From Azolla caroliniana (lineage: Eukaryota; Plantae; Polypodiophyta), in contig JBHGNT010000001.1 in assembly GCA_043228905.1 (NCBI GenBank), forward strand, positions 7,440,001-7,504,000: a stretch of 64,000 nucleotides of DNA, read 5' to 3'. Positions 10,064-20,636 of the stretch are shown here, one piece after another. Position 1 is the stretch's first letter; each line of letters opens with the position of its first letter. A program made the position numbers and the translations under genes. A model generated the notes under the pieces. It saw nothing but the letters and a program-made list of their open reading frames with translations. It was not told the DNA's origin and searched no databases.

Positions 10064-12319
10064 CTATGCTTTATTTTTCACTCTCAAAGCTTCAACACTA
10101 TCTACTCCTGTTTGCATGTGAGCTTCAGCATATATATTCTTCATGCAGACATATGCAGCAGCACAAGTTTTGTCCAACTGTATCGATTGCTCAAATGCCC
10201 ATAATCCAAGCTCCACATTTACCCACTTGCGACAAGCACCCAGTACAGCCAGGAACAGTGGAAGATGGTCAGAAGTTGACACCTTTTGTAACAAAGCTTT
10301 GGCCTTGTCAAAATGTCCAGCCCTTCCAAATAGATCAATCATACACGTATAGTGCTCTTGAGATGGAGTGAGACAATAAACATCACGCATTTCACTGAAC
10401 AACTTTTCTCCCTCCCTTAAGAGCCCTGCATGACTACATGCAGTCAGCAAGACAAGGAAAGATACAGGATTTGGCACAATGCCTTCTATAGTCATTGCTC
10501 TATATAGATCCAAAACGATATTAATTTGGCCTAAGTGAGAATATCCGGTGATAAGGGCATTCCAAGACACAATATCTCGTTCCGGAAGTTGTTCAAATAC
10601 TTCTTGTGCTTTCTCCAAGGCACCACACTTTGCATACATGTCTAACAATGCGTTACCAAGCACAATATCTTTCTGCAATAGCCCTTGCTTTCTGATCTCA
10701 ACATCCATGTCTTCCCCAATCTCAAGAGATCCTACCATGCCACAAGATTTCATTGCACAAATATAAGTTACTGAATTTGGGCGTATGCCCCCATCTTGCA
10801 TCTTCTTGAAGCATTTAAGGCCTTCATTAGCAAGTCCATGCTTGGTATATCCAGCAATTAGGGTTGTCCAAGACACGACATCCGGCACCAGAATCCTTTT
10901 GAACACTTCCGATGCTTTGTCAAGCATACCACACTTAACATACATGCCTAGCAGAGCATTGGCAATCATAATATCTTTCTGCAATAATCCTTTCTTTCTG
11001 ATCTCAGCATCTATGTCTTCCCCAATTTCTAGAGATCGTACAATGCCACAGGCTTTCAAAACACATATATAAGTTGATGTATTTGGTAAAACCCCCTCAT
11101 CTTGCATCTGGCTGAAGCATTTTAGAGCTTCATCCCCAAGTCCATGCTCAGTATATCCAGCTATCAAGGTAGTCCAAGAGGACACGTGTTTTATTTGAAG
11201 TTGATTAAATATTTTCCGCGCCTTCCCTAATGCACCACATTTTATATACATGTCTATCAATGCAGTGCACAGTGCAGTGTCTTTTTGCAATAACCCTTGT
11301 TTTTGGACCTCAATCTCTATGTCTTCTCCGATCTCTATACATCCTGTAATGCCACAAGCTCTCAAAATGCAAATATAAGTTATTGAATTTGGAAAGATTC
11401 CCTCATTTCGCATCTGCTTGCTGCATCTCAAGGCCTCAACATTGAACCCATGCTCAACATATCCAGAAATTAAGGCAGTCCAAGACACAACATTTCGTAC
11501 TGGAAACTGTTCGAATACTTCTCGTGCTTTCTCCAGTGCCCCACACTTGGCATACATATCTACCAAAGCAGTGTTGAGCATAACATCTTTCTGCAATAAC
11601 CCTTGCTTTCTGACCTCAGCATCTATGGCCTCCCCAATATCTAGAGAGCCGATAACACCACATGCTTTCAAAATGCACATATAAGTCACTACATTTGGGC
11701 ACACTCCCTCACCTTGCATTTGTCTAAAGCAGCTAATAGCATCATCACCTAGTCCATGTTGGACATACCCATCAATGAGGGCAGTCCAAGAAACAACATT
11801 TCGAATGGGGAGTTGTTCAAATACTCCTTTTGCTTTCTCAAATGCACCACACTTAGCGTACATGGCTACTACTGCAGTGCTCAGCACAATGTGCTCAGGT
11901 AATAGCCCCAACTTTCTGACCTCTACATCTATACATTCTCCAACCTCGAGTGACCTTTCAAGTCCAGAAGCTTTCAAAACACATATGTAGGTTTCTAAAT
12001 TAGGTAATACTCCTTCATCTTGCATATTTTTAAAGCATTGTAAGGCTTCTTTACCAAGCCCATGTTGTGTATATCCACCTATAAGGGCTGTAAAAGAAAT
12101 CACATCCCGCTTCAGAAGGTGATCAAACACTTCTTGTGCTTCTCTCAATGCACCACATTTGGCATATGTTTTAATCAGGGCAGTCGCAATATAAATATCC
12201 TTACTAATCAAGTTTTTCCTTAGCAAATCGCCATGTATTTCTCTCACTTTCCACAATTGTTTGTCCTTTCCCAAGGATTTTATGAGCTTCAAGAGCGAAG
12301 ATCGGTCCTGGAATTTCAA
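10064..12319 (-). CDS. PLS-class PPR protein, E-type; true start probably in an upstream exon
   Basis: Very regular ~103-aa PLS triplets and E1/E2 (LGACRKWVNVELG..AAAYVCMKNIY). The ORF call begins at TTG. The frame stays open to about 12460 without an ATG and is preceded on the minus strand by a T-rich tract, suggesting an intron. Confidence 0.9.
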   Translation of the reverse strand: MKFQDRSSLLKLIKSLGKDKQLWKVREIHGDLLRKNLISKDIYIATALIKTYAKCGALREAQEVFDHLLKRDVISFTALIGGYTQHGLGKEALQCFKNMQDEGVLPNLETYICVLKASGLERSLEVGECIDVEVRKLGLLPEHIVLSTAVVAMYAKCGAFEKAKGVFEQLPIRNVVSWTALIDGYVQHGLGDDAISCFRQMQGEGVCPNVVTYMCILKACGVIGSLDIGEAIDAEVRKQGLLQKDVMLNTALVDMYAKCGALEKAREVFEQFPVRNVVSWTALISGYVEHGFNVEALRCSKQMRNEGIFPNSITYICILRACGITGCIEIGEDIEIEVQKQGLLQKDTALCTALIDMYIKCGALGKARKIFNQLQIKHVSSWTTLIAGYTEHGLGDEALKCFSQMQDEGVLPNTSTYICVLKACGIVRSLEIGEDIDAEIRKKGLLQKDIMIANALLGMYVKCGMLDKASEVFKRILVPDVVSWTTLIAGYTKHGLANEGLKCFKKMQDGGIRPNSVTYICAMKSCGMVGSLEIGEDMDVEIRKQGLLQKDIVLGNALLDMYAKCGALEKAQEVFEQLPERDIVSWNALITGYSHLGQINIVLDLYRAMTIEGIVPNPVSFLVLLTACSHAGLLREGEKLFSEMRDVYCLTPSQEHYTCMIDLFGRAGHFDKAKALLQKVSTSDHLPLFLAVLGACRKWVNVELGLWAFEQSIQLDKTCAAAYVCMKNIYAEAHMQTGVDSVEALRVKNKA

Positions 12320-12959
12320 TTCAATGGATGCATTCTCTTTGAGCTCGGTTAACTTGAGCTTAAACAGAGGTGGGTTATCCCATCCCTCTATCCATAAGGG
12401 CTTTCTTGTTTGTTTGTCTCTGAAGTCTGTAGATTTTGGGCTTCTCTGTGATGGAAAGCTTTAGGTTCACAAAGTAAAACAAAAACAATGCAAAAACATA
12501 AAAGACAAGATAAATGAAATAAAAAACACAAGATAAATGAAATAAAAAACACAAGAATAATTTATAAAATACAAAAGAAAAACTTGGATTTCTTGGTGAT
12601 GAGAAATTTAACGGTGAAACAAAAACAATTGGGCTTCTGAATAATGAAAAGATTTAGAGCTCAAAAAAGAAGTCTTTAGAATCAAAATTGAAGAAATGAC
12701 AGGGGATTGTTTGATTCTTTGTTTGCTTTATGTACCTTTTGTTGTCGATGATCCCAGAAAGCAGAGGGGTCTTCGAAGAACACATTCCGTAGGAGGTTTG
12801 TGACTATGAAAGATATGATTGATTGCAACAGAGGGCAGTATTTTCTAATCAATGATAAATGAAAAGATAAATGATCATTAATATTTCCAATTAAGATTCT
12901 TTGTCTGCAATCCTAAGCTTCTGGTGGAGATGGATATGATATTGTCAGAAATGTCCGTA

Positions 12960-13033
12960 GGCCCATTAGCTCAGTTGGTTAGAGCGTCGTGCTAATAACG
13001 CGAAGGTCGCAGGTTCGAGACCTGCATGGGCCA
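12960..13033 (+). tRNA. tRNA-Ile(AAT): tRNA-Ile (anticodon AAT), copy 1
   Basis: 74-nt cloverleaf: acceptor stem GGCCCAT/ATGGGCC plus discriminator A, D-arm TAGCTCAGTTGGTTAGAGC, anticodon arm TCGTG-CTAATAA-CGCGA, T-loop GGTTCGAGACC. Confidence 0.97.
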
Positions 13034-13600
13034 TGAGCTCTGTAAACATTTCAGTATGATTACATTTATTTAACTCATGATTAAAAATGTTCGTCCTTTT
13101 GTGAAAAGAACCCATATTCTCTATGCTATCAAAAATGGGAAATGGGTCTTTTTTACATAACTCATGTCTTCTTGCTCATCTTTCTCTTCTTCGTATCTCA
13201 TTTCCGTCTTATTTGAAATAATTTCCTTCGTTCATGCTTTTCGAAAAGAACACATGTTCTAATGCCATCAAAAACACTCAGCCAAGGGAAGAACAAACCT
13301 CGTCAATTTGTCTTCTAGGGATCTCTGTGATAATGGAGGTTGGGTATACAATGGTTATGGAGAGAGTATTAGAGAAATGCTAGTCATATGCAAGTGTTTT
13401 GTATGAGGTACTTAGTTAAAAATGATGTATTGCTTTAATTCCTCCCATACACTACTATTCCATTGTGTATCTATCCACAAAGTGGTAACTACGGGTCATT
13501 TTTTTTTACTACCAATAATGCAAAACAAATAGAAAGGTCATGTATAAGAAGCATGCATTGACAAAATCTTAATATAAAATGTGAAAGACTAGTTATATCG

Positions 13601-13674
13601 GGCCTATTAGCTCAGTTGGTTAGAGCGTCGTGCTAATAACGCGAAGGTCGCAGGTTCGAGACCTGCATAGGCCA
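13601..13674 (+). tRNA. tRNA-Ile(AAT): tRNA-Ile (anticodon AAT), copy 2
   Basis: Same cloverleaf with acceptor stem GGCCTAT/ATAGGCC, followed immediately by a T-rich Pol III terminator (TTTCTTTT). Confidence 0.97.
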
Positions 13675-14643
13675 TTTCTTTTACTTTATCCACAATTATT
13701 CTCTTCTCCTAACTGATAACGAATTCCAGTCGGATTGGCATGTCATTTATGTATGAGCAAAAAAAGCTTAAGCAGAGCAGGCAAGCTTTTTTGAAAGCTT
13801 CTTTACTTTTATTTTTATCCTTCCTACACTCAAAACTCTAATTCACCAATGAGCATTCCCCCAGTGAATAAAGTAGTCTTTTTTTGAAACCCTAATAAAC
13901 CAAAAAGAAAGGAGACGTAGAACAAATCCAAGGTATGTGAGTAAGGTGTCTTTTGAAACCCTAATAACCAAAACGAAAGGATACGCAGAACAAATCCAAG
14001 GTATATCATGTATGTATATGTATGTATGTGTATACATCACTGATCAGTGCTAAATTGTTGCGGGGCTACATGATTTGTGTACATACACCAACACGAGAAG
14101 AGCTGGTGCGTAGCTCATACATATCACCAGTCCTTCCTTCATCCCTCAAATCTTGCATTCATTCTTCTTCCACAAGTATCTTCTCCCTGCCCCTCTTCTG
14201 TGTCTCTGATTCGTACACACTACTATGTCTGTATGTAATTGGCATGTGCACGCAGATATGTAAGTATGTGTGTATGTATATATAAATTGTATGTATCTCA
14301 ATTGTATGTATGTATGTAAATGTATGTATATGTGTACGTATGTACGCTTTTATGTATTTCAAACCCCCCTCTGTCATATGTATACATATACATATATAAT
14401 TGATTACTAGTTTCTGACCATTGCATTTTCAATTCTACTCCATTCCTGTCCCTGTCTTTTTGAAAGTTTGTATATATCTCCTGTCTTTATGAATTTCAAC
14501 CCCCCCCCCCCCACCTTTTCCCTTTTTTGCAAACTATTGATTACCTGTACTTACATTGCAAAATTAACCTTCAAACATTTCTGAAAGTGATGTCACATAA
14601 CCATAGGCAAGCTGTGAAGTTTTGTGACATATATCTATGTCTA

Positions 14644-14689
<46 letters not shown>

Positions 14690-14956
14690 GAGAGAGAGAG
14701 AGAGACCATTCACTTAGGCACCACCAGCGCTGATGCTTTTTCTCTTTCTTAATTTATCGCCTAGTTTACTTTTAATGCATAACCTAATAAGAGATTATGA
14801 AAGAATACCACAAATTTGATGCCATACATATAATTTGTACATCACATACATACACATATTATGACAGATACATGTGCAATGGGTAGGGTAGATATATACA
14901 TATATTATATATCATAGCCAAATTCATGGGCTGATCTTAGTGGGCATGCTTCTTGG

Positions 14957-17888
14957 ATGTCTCGGCATCATCGGAAGTCCCGGAGGTCATTTATATGGCT
15001 TCCCTATTCTCTGTTATGTCTCTTTGTTTTGATTGCACTGAGTTGGTCAGTTTGGAATATTGGTCTAAAAGTTTTATTGAGCCAAACATTGATGCATGAA
15101 GAAAACAAAATTTCAATACCCATTTTGCAAATCAAGAGTGTGGATTTGGAGGATTTTCAAGCTGATCATTATAATGACCCATGGAAATCACAGAACAGAA
15201 CATCTGTTTCGTCCATAAACCAGGAGTTTATTTCTCCAATTTTCCAAAATGAAGATAAATCTGATGAAAATATGATCTCCCCCATTGGTTTTGTAAAGGA
15301 ATTAGAACTGAGTGTAGATTTGGAAAGAGAGATTGTCTCCAATAAAAATCAGTCATCGAGTGTTTTGATAAAGGAATTAACCTCACCACAACCCAAGGCT
15401 TCATCACGCCATTTGGATAGAGATCTGGTTCCTAATGCATCGCATCATGTATCAACTTATACAACTCACCAAGGTTTCTCTAATGGTATGCCTCACAAGT
15501 GAGTTTTGCAATCTATATGAAACAATGGAAATAATAATCACCAAATCTCGTAATTTATATTGTAAGCTACTCAAATTAATCTTTAGTCTAATAAAATATG
15601 TTTTGAGCTACTTAAATTAATCTTTAGTCTTGCAATTTATATTGTAAGCTACTCAAATTAATCTTTAGTCTTGTAATTTATATTGTAAGCTACTGAAATT
15701 AATCTTTAGACTTGTAATTTATATTGTAAGCTCTGTCATGACACATGAGTGATTTCCAATTAATTACTTCATTTTGAGTTCATAATTGTATTTCTTGTTA
15801 AGATCACTTCTGGGGAGTAACCTAATTTTGCTCCCTCTTGTAGTAGTAGATCATGGAAAGGTGGTCAACATCAGAATCAATGGCATCGATGATCCTTACC
15901 ATGATCAAACAACTTTTAAAGAGGATTTCAACAAGATGCTGCCCACATTCAAGATATTTGTCTATCCTCATAATATGCGAAATGATCCATTCTCTAACAT
16001 TTTTGCACCGATGGATGGGGAACCTAGTGGCAATTATGCCAGTGAATACTATTTCAAAAAGTCCCTTTTCAACAGTGGTTTTATTACCAAAAATGCATCC
16101 GAGGCCGACATGTTTTATCTCCCATTCTCGATTACAAAGTTAAGACATGACAAACGAGTCGGGGTTCAAAAGCTGGATAAGTTTGTGTCATCATACATGG
16201 AAACAGTAAGGCAAAAGTGGCCATATTGGAATAGAACATCTGGGGCAGATCATTTCTTTGTTTCCTGTCATTCTATCACTAAATTGGTATCAGACAAAGT
16301 TGTGCACCTTAGGAGAAACGCCATTCAAGTGGTTTGCTCTTCAAACGTATTTGTGCAAGGGTATGTGCCTCATAAAGATATCTCAATGCCTCAAGTGTGG
16401 CCAAGGAAAGGCACACCATCAAATGCAAAGCTTATAGAGGAAAGGTTAGTACTACCAAACTATGTTAAATTTGCCTTATTAATTTCCGCATTCTGTTCAT
16501 CGCCTCTCTCTCAATGATTTGGGTCAAGAAAAGGTACTAATGACCAATTGGGTAAATATTCCTTGTTCTCACATCCCCTTTTTCCTTAGTAAAAGCATTA
16601 TGTGTAGTAGATGAACGTGTATGTGGAATTTGAGATATGTATATGCAGTTTTCTCATACTGAGCAATTAACTTTATCTAGTATAATCATTGATTGATTGA
16701 TTGATTAATCATGCCACCATCTCAACTCTATATCCCACTTACCTGTATCTAGTATAGTGATTGATTAATCATGGCACAATCTCAACTCTAGATCTAACTT
16801 AACTATATCTAGTATAGTGATTGATTAATCATGCCACAATCTCAGGTCTAGATCTAACTTAACTATATCTAGTATAGTGATTGATTAATCATACCACAAT
16901 CTCAATCTAGATCTAACTTTTATCTCTCGATAATGAAGCTTGGCAATTGCATTAGTGGTGACTACTTGATTTAATTCTTTCATCCCCTTGGAAGGTTAGC
17001 TTCCTAATTGTACTTATTTCATATAAAAAAAGTTTAGCACCTAATTGTTGCTACATATTTCATATAAATTTTTTTTAGCTTCCTAATTGTTACTACTTAT
17101 TTCATTTCATATAAAAAAAGTTTAGCTTCCTAATTGTTACTGCTTATTTCATATAAAAAAATTTAGCTTCCTAATTGTTACTAATTTCATATAAAAAAGT
17201 TTGGCCACTATTTATTTCATATTCATTTCTCTTAATTGGGGGGAAGGGGGGGGAGAGGGTTGAACTACTAAGTCTAAGGCTTCACAAGGCACCAATCCAA
17301 CCCACTAGGCCCAACTTATTTGACACTTGATATCAAAACCATTATTTAGAAAGACCCCAAATGTAGCTTTATGTCCTTGTATGTTTTTTTCTCTTTTGTT
17401 TCAGAAAAGTTTTGGCATTCTTTGCCGGAGCTGCAAATTCACCCACACGAGCAGAATTAGTCAAGGTGTGGTCACGCGATAAAGACATTTTAGTCTATTC
17501 AAAGCGTATCTCGACACCATACTCGCGGGCGTTGCTTACAAGCAAGTTTTGTCTCCATGTGAAAGGTTACGAGGTGAATACCGCCAGAATAGCCGATGCG
17601 ATGCATTTTGGATGTGTCCCTGTCATCCTAGCTAATCACTACGACCTTCCTTACTCGAATATCTTGGATTGGGAAGCTTTCTCTCTTGTTGTAGAAGCCT
17701 CCAACATTCCATTGTTGAAACAAATCCTCCAAGAGGTGTCGTCAGCTCGATACAAGCAATTGCAAAAGAATGTAATGATGATACGAAAACACTTCCAATG
17801 GAACTCTCCACCACGTGAATATGATGCTTTTTACATGGTGATGTATGAACTATGGACAAGAAGGCATGTTTTAAGACCCTTAATCTAA
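14957..17888 (+). CDS. Exostosin-like GT47 glycosyltransferase (type II membrane), about 537 aa
   Basis: Exons 14957-15485, 15844-16444 and 17405-17888 are phase-consistent. N-terminal TM helix, then FKIFVYP, GNYASEYYF, ADMFYLPFS, PYWNRTSGADHFFVSCH, SKFCLHVKGYEVNTARIADAMHFGCVPVI and YDAFYMVMYELW. The exon-1 donor and exon-2 acceptor have alternatives. Confidence 0.9.
15550..15732. repeat. 41-bp minisatellite in GT47 intron 1
   Basis: GTAATTTATATTGTAAGCTACTCAAATTAATCTTTAGTCTT unit at about 15550, 15632, 15673 and 15714. Confidence 0.9.
16668..17200. repeat. Two minisatellite arrays in GT47 intron 2 (60-bp unit at about 16668-16925; ~43-bp unit at about 16996-17200)
   Basis: Repeated ATCTAGTATAGTGATTGATTAATCATGCCACAATCTC and TTAGCTTCCTAATTGTTACTACTTATTTCATATAAAAAAA. 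Confidence 0.9.
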
Positions 17889-20636
17889 AGACTCCTAATG
17901 ATTAGGCTATGAGGAATGTTAGGAAATGTCCACTTTTGTGAGCTACTTGTGGGTGTCCACATCGCCCATTACGTTATGAGAATATCTAGATGCTATTGTA
18001 TTTTTACATCCAAATGGAATGTATCGACATTAGTGTATTTTACATGTAAAGTGTGCATTCTAATCCTTACATTTGCGTAATGTTGTATGCAATGGACTTT
18101 GCCTTCCTGTGAGTTAATAAAATTTGTCGTCTCAACAATAAGCTTCCTTTCTTGCTTTCAAAGTAATTCACATGTATATGTTGGTAATCAAGTGTCATGA
18201 TGCTATAATAATATATAATTATTAGGGATTTGATGAAATAATTGGTGTGAGATTGTAAATTGTCATTGACCTAGAAATAACCCATGTTCACTAGTATATA
18301 TGAGTATCACAAGATTGGGTATGTGGATCTCATTTATAAAGATTAAAGGGTTTGGAGATCATGTTAGTTATTTTTCTTTGGTTTTGTAAAAACTTAAAAG
18401 TGTAGGGAGATTCGAGGATTGGAGTTTAAGATACTTTAGGTGACCAAAGACGGCACATCATGATAAATGTTCACCTAAAGTTCGGTTATCGATATTTGTT
18501 TTAATGTTTGTGATTAGAAACCGCCCAATTTCAATAAAAAAAGATTGATGTTACTCTAATATTTTGTTCATTGGAATGTGTGCTCAAATTTCATGAAATA
18601 AAAAATATACATATAACTAAATAGATATACTTGCTTGTATTTCAAAATGGTTTGCTACCACTATTCTCCATCGTAAATAATTACAAATATTATGGTGGCT
18701 GTTTTTTCTAAGCGATTATTTATTAGTCTCTTCATTTTATTGGATCCAAAGCTCGCCTATTTCAACATGTTGTTATAAGTTTGAATTTCCTTATAAAATA
18801 GCATGTTGTTTTCATCATTTGTATGTTTACTCAGAAACAAGTGAGGTATTTTGAACTATGGTTTCAATGCATCTATATAGGTTGAAGCAAAATACATAGA
18901 CAAATAGTGGTGCACACATAATTTGTTGGTCATGAGAGACCAAATGTTTGTCATCTAAAATGATATGAAGTTGGATACTAGGAAATTAGTTTTTGGGAGA
19001 CACAAAAGACGTAAATGAATTATGTATTCTACATTCAAGAGGTCTATGTAAAGTTAAAACCTTTTTGGAATCATGATTGGGTAACTTTGAATGATATATT
19101 GACCAACTAGTCCTTGAAGTTGGTAAACAATAAAAGGTATAAATTCCCTTAATATAAAAGTTGAGAAAACATTTATACACCCAAAATCTATCTTTTATCC
19201 ATGATTTCCTTTTGCAATGCAACCATGTGATGTCAATGATAGTTTAATGTAATTGAGATTTAACATTAATGTATCGATGCGAATGGAATAATTGGTGGTG
19301 AAGATTAATAGTGCACATTTCGTTAAGATTAAGGGTGGTCTCAAACTAAAAATAGGAAACAAGTTTAAAAATCATTTATTCAAGAAAACAACCCACACAT
19401 TTTAGGTTACGATGTAAACATTTATCATTTCATTTTGAAAGTTAGGTGATACTCGTGTATTGGATTGAATGTTTGAACACTTTCATGTGATGTATAAAGG
19501 CATCAATGCCATTACTATCACATACAAAATAAATCACTCGTGATAGATGAATTGCAATTGGTGGAAGATTTTCTAATTAGCACGGAAATGAAAAACCACT
19601 AGCGACCTTGACTAGTTAGCAACTATAACTATTATGAATTGAACTCATGATGAGCGATATAATAAGATATTAAGAGAAAGAAAGAATGAAGGGTGTTTAA
19701 CACATCGATAATTCCCCGAGCAAAGGACACGAGACAAACATAAAGTATCATTGGTGTTCCATACCATTGATTCACTGAATATTACCTTATGTTATACCTT
19801 GGTATTTGAATAATGGATCATAGGAATATAGCTTTGCCTAACCTATATAACCTCAACAATGTATTAAGATGTTGTAATAAAAGGGGTAGCAAGTTCCCTT
19901 TACATAGTCCAACACCTAAGGCTCCCATACCACCACGTGTTCCCATACCACTTTAAGGGTTTGCCCTAGTTCCTAGGATAACTAACTAGTTTCCCAAGTA
20001 TCGCACCTTCTTAACACGTTACAATTCGCTATATAATTGGCCCTTAAGGCTATGCCCATAACAACAATCTTGTGGAAGTCGAATAGAATTACTAGATTTG
20101 GGTTACACAATGCATTACTAAAATTGACACGAAGACTCGAACTTATCGGCCAACGGAGTTTGTTTGCAACGTCTGAAAAGGACAAGCAACTCGGGGGATT
20201 GGTTGACGGTTAATAATAAATTTACACGATTGCCTCTCCTTTTTTTGTTTTTGGCTATCGATTGGAAGGCGGGTTTAATCCCCACAAGCGTTGATTTGCG
20301 ATGTAATCGGAGATCTCATGCCACCGGATGAGCTCTCGGGGTCTCATGTATGGTGCCAAAGGGCCCTTATAGAATTGCGGCAGTAGCTTGCTAAAAATAG
20401 TAAGTCGCCAAATTTGGAGATGGAGGGAGGTCTAAATCCCTCTCCTCCCCCCAAAATAAAGATTCAAAATGGAAGGGCATTTTCTGGAGGTTTGCTTTTG
20501 CTTTGTTTTTTAGATCGAAATTGTCCCCATTTTCATTAAGGAACCGAGATCATGAGTAACGAATAAGTTCATGGATTTCTCTCTGTCGTGAAAGAATTTA
20601 GTTTTGGAAGAGGAAGTAGACCAAAGACGAGGAAGG

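Noticed and set aside
6051-11990. Many plus-strand ORFs of 60-100 aa overlapping the PPR genes
   Set aside because: They are antisense shadows of the PPR reading frames, repeating with the PPR period.
15550-17200. Regularly spaced repeats as a CRISPR array
   Set aside because: They are contiguous units without unique spacers, located inside introns of a eukaryotic gene.
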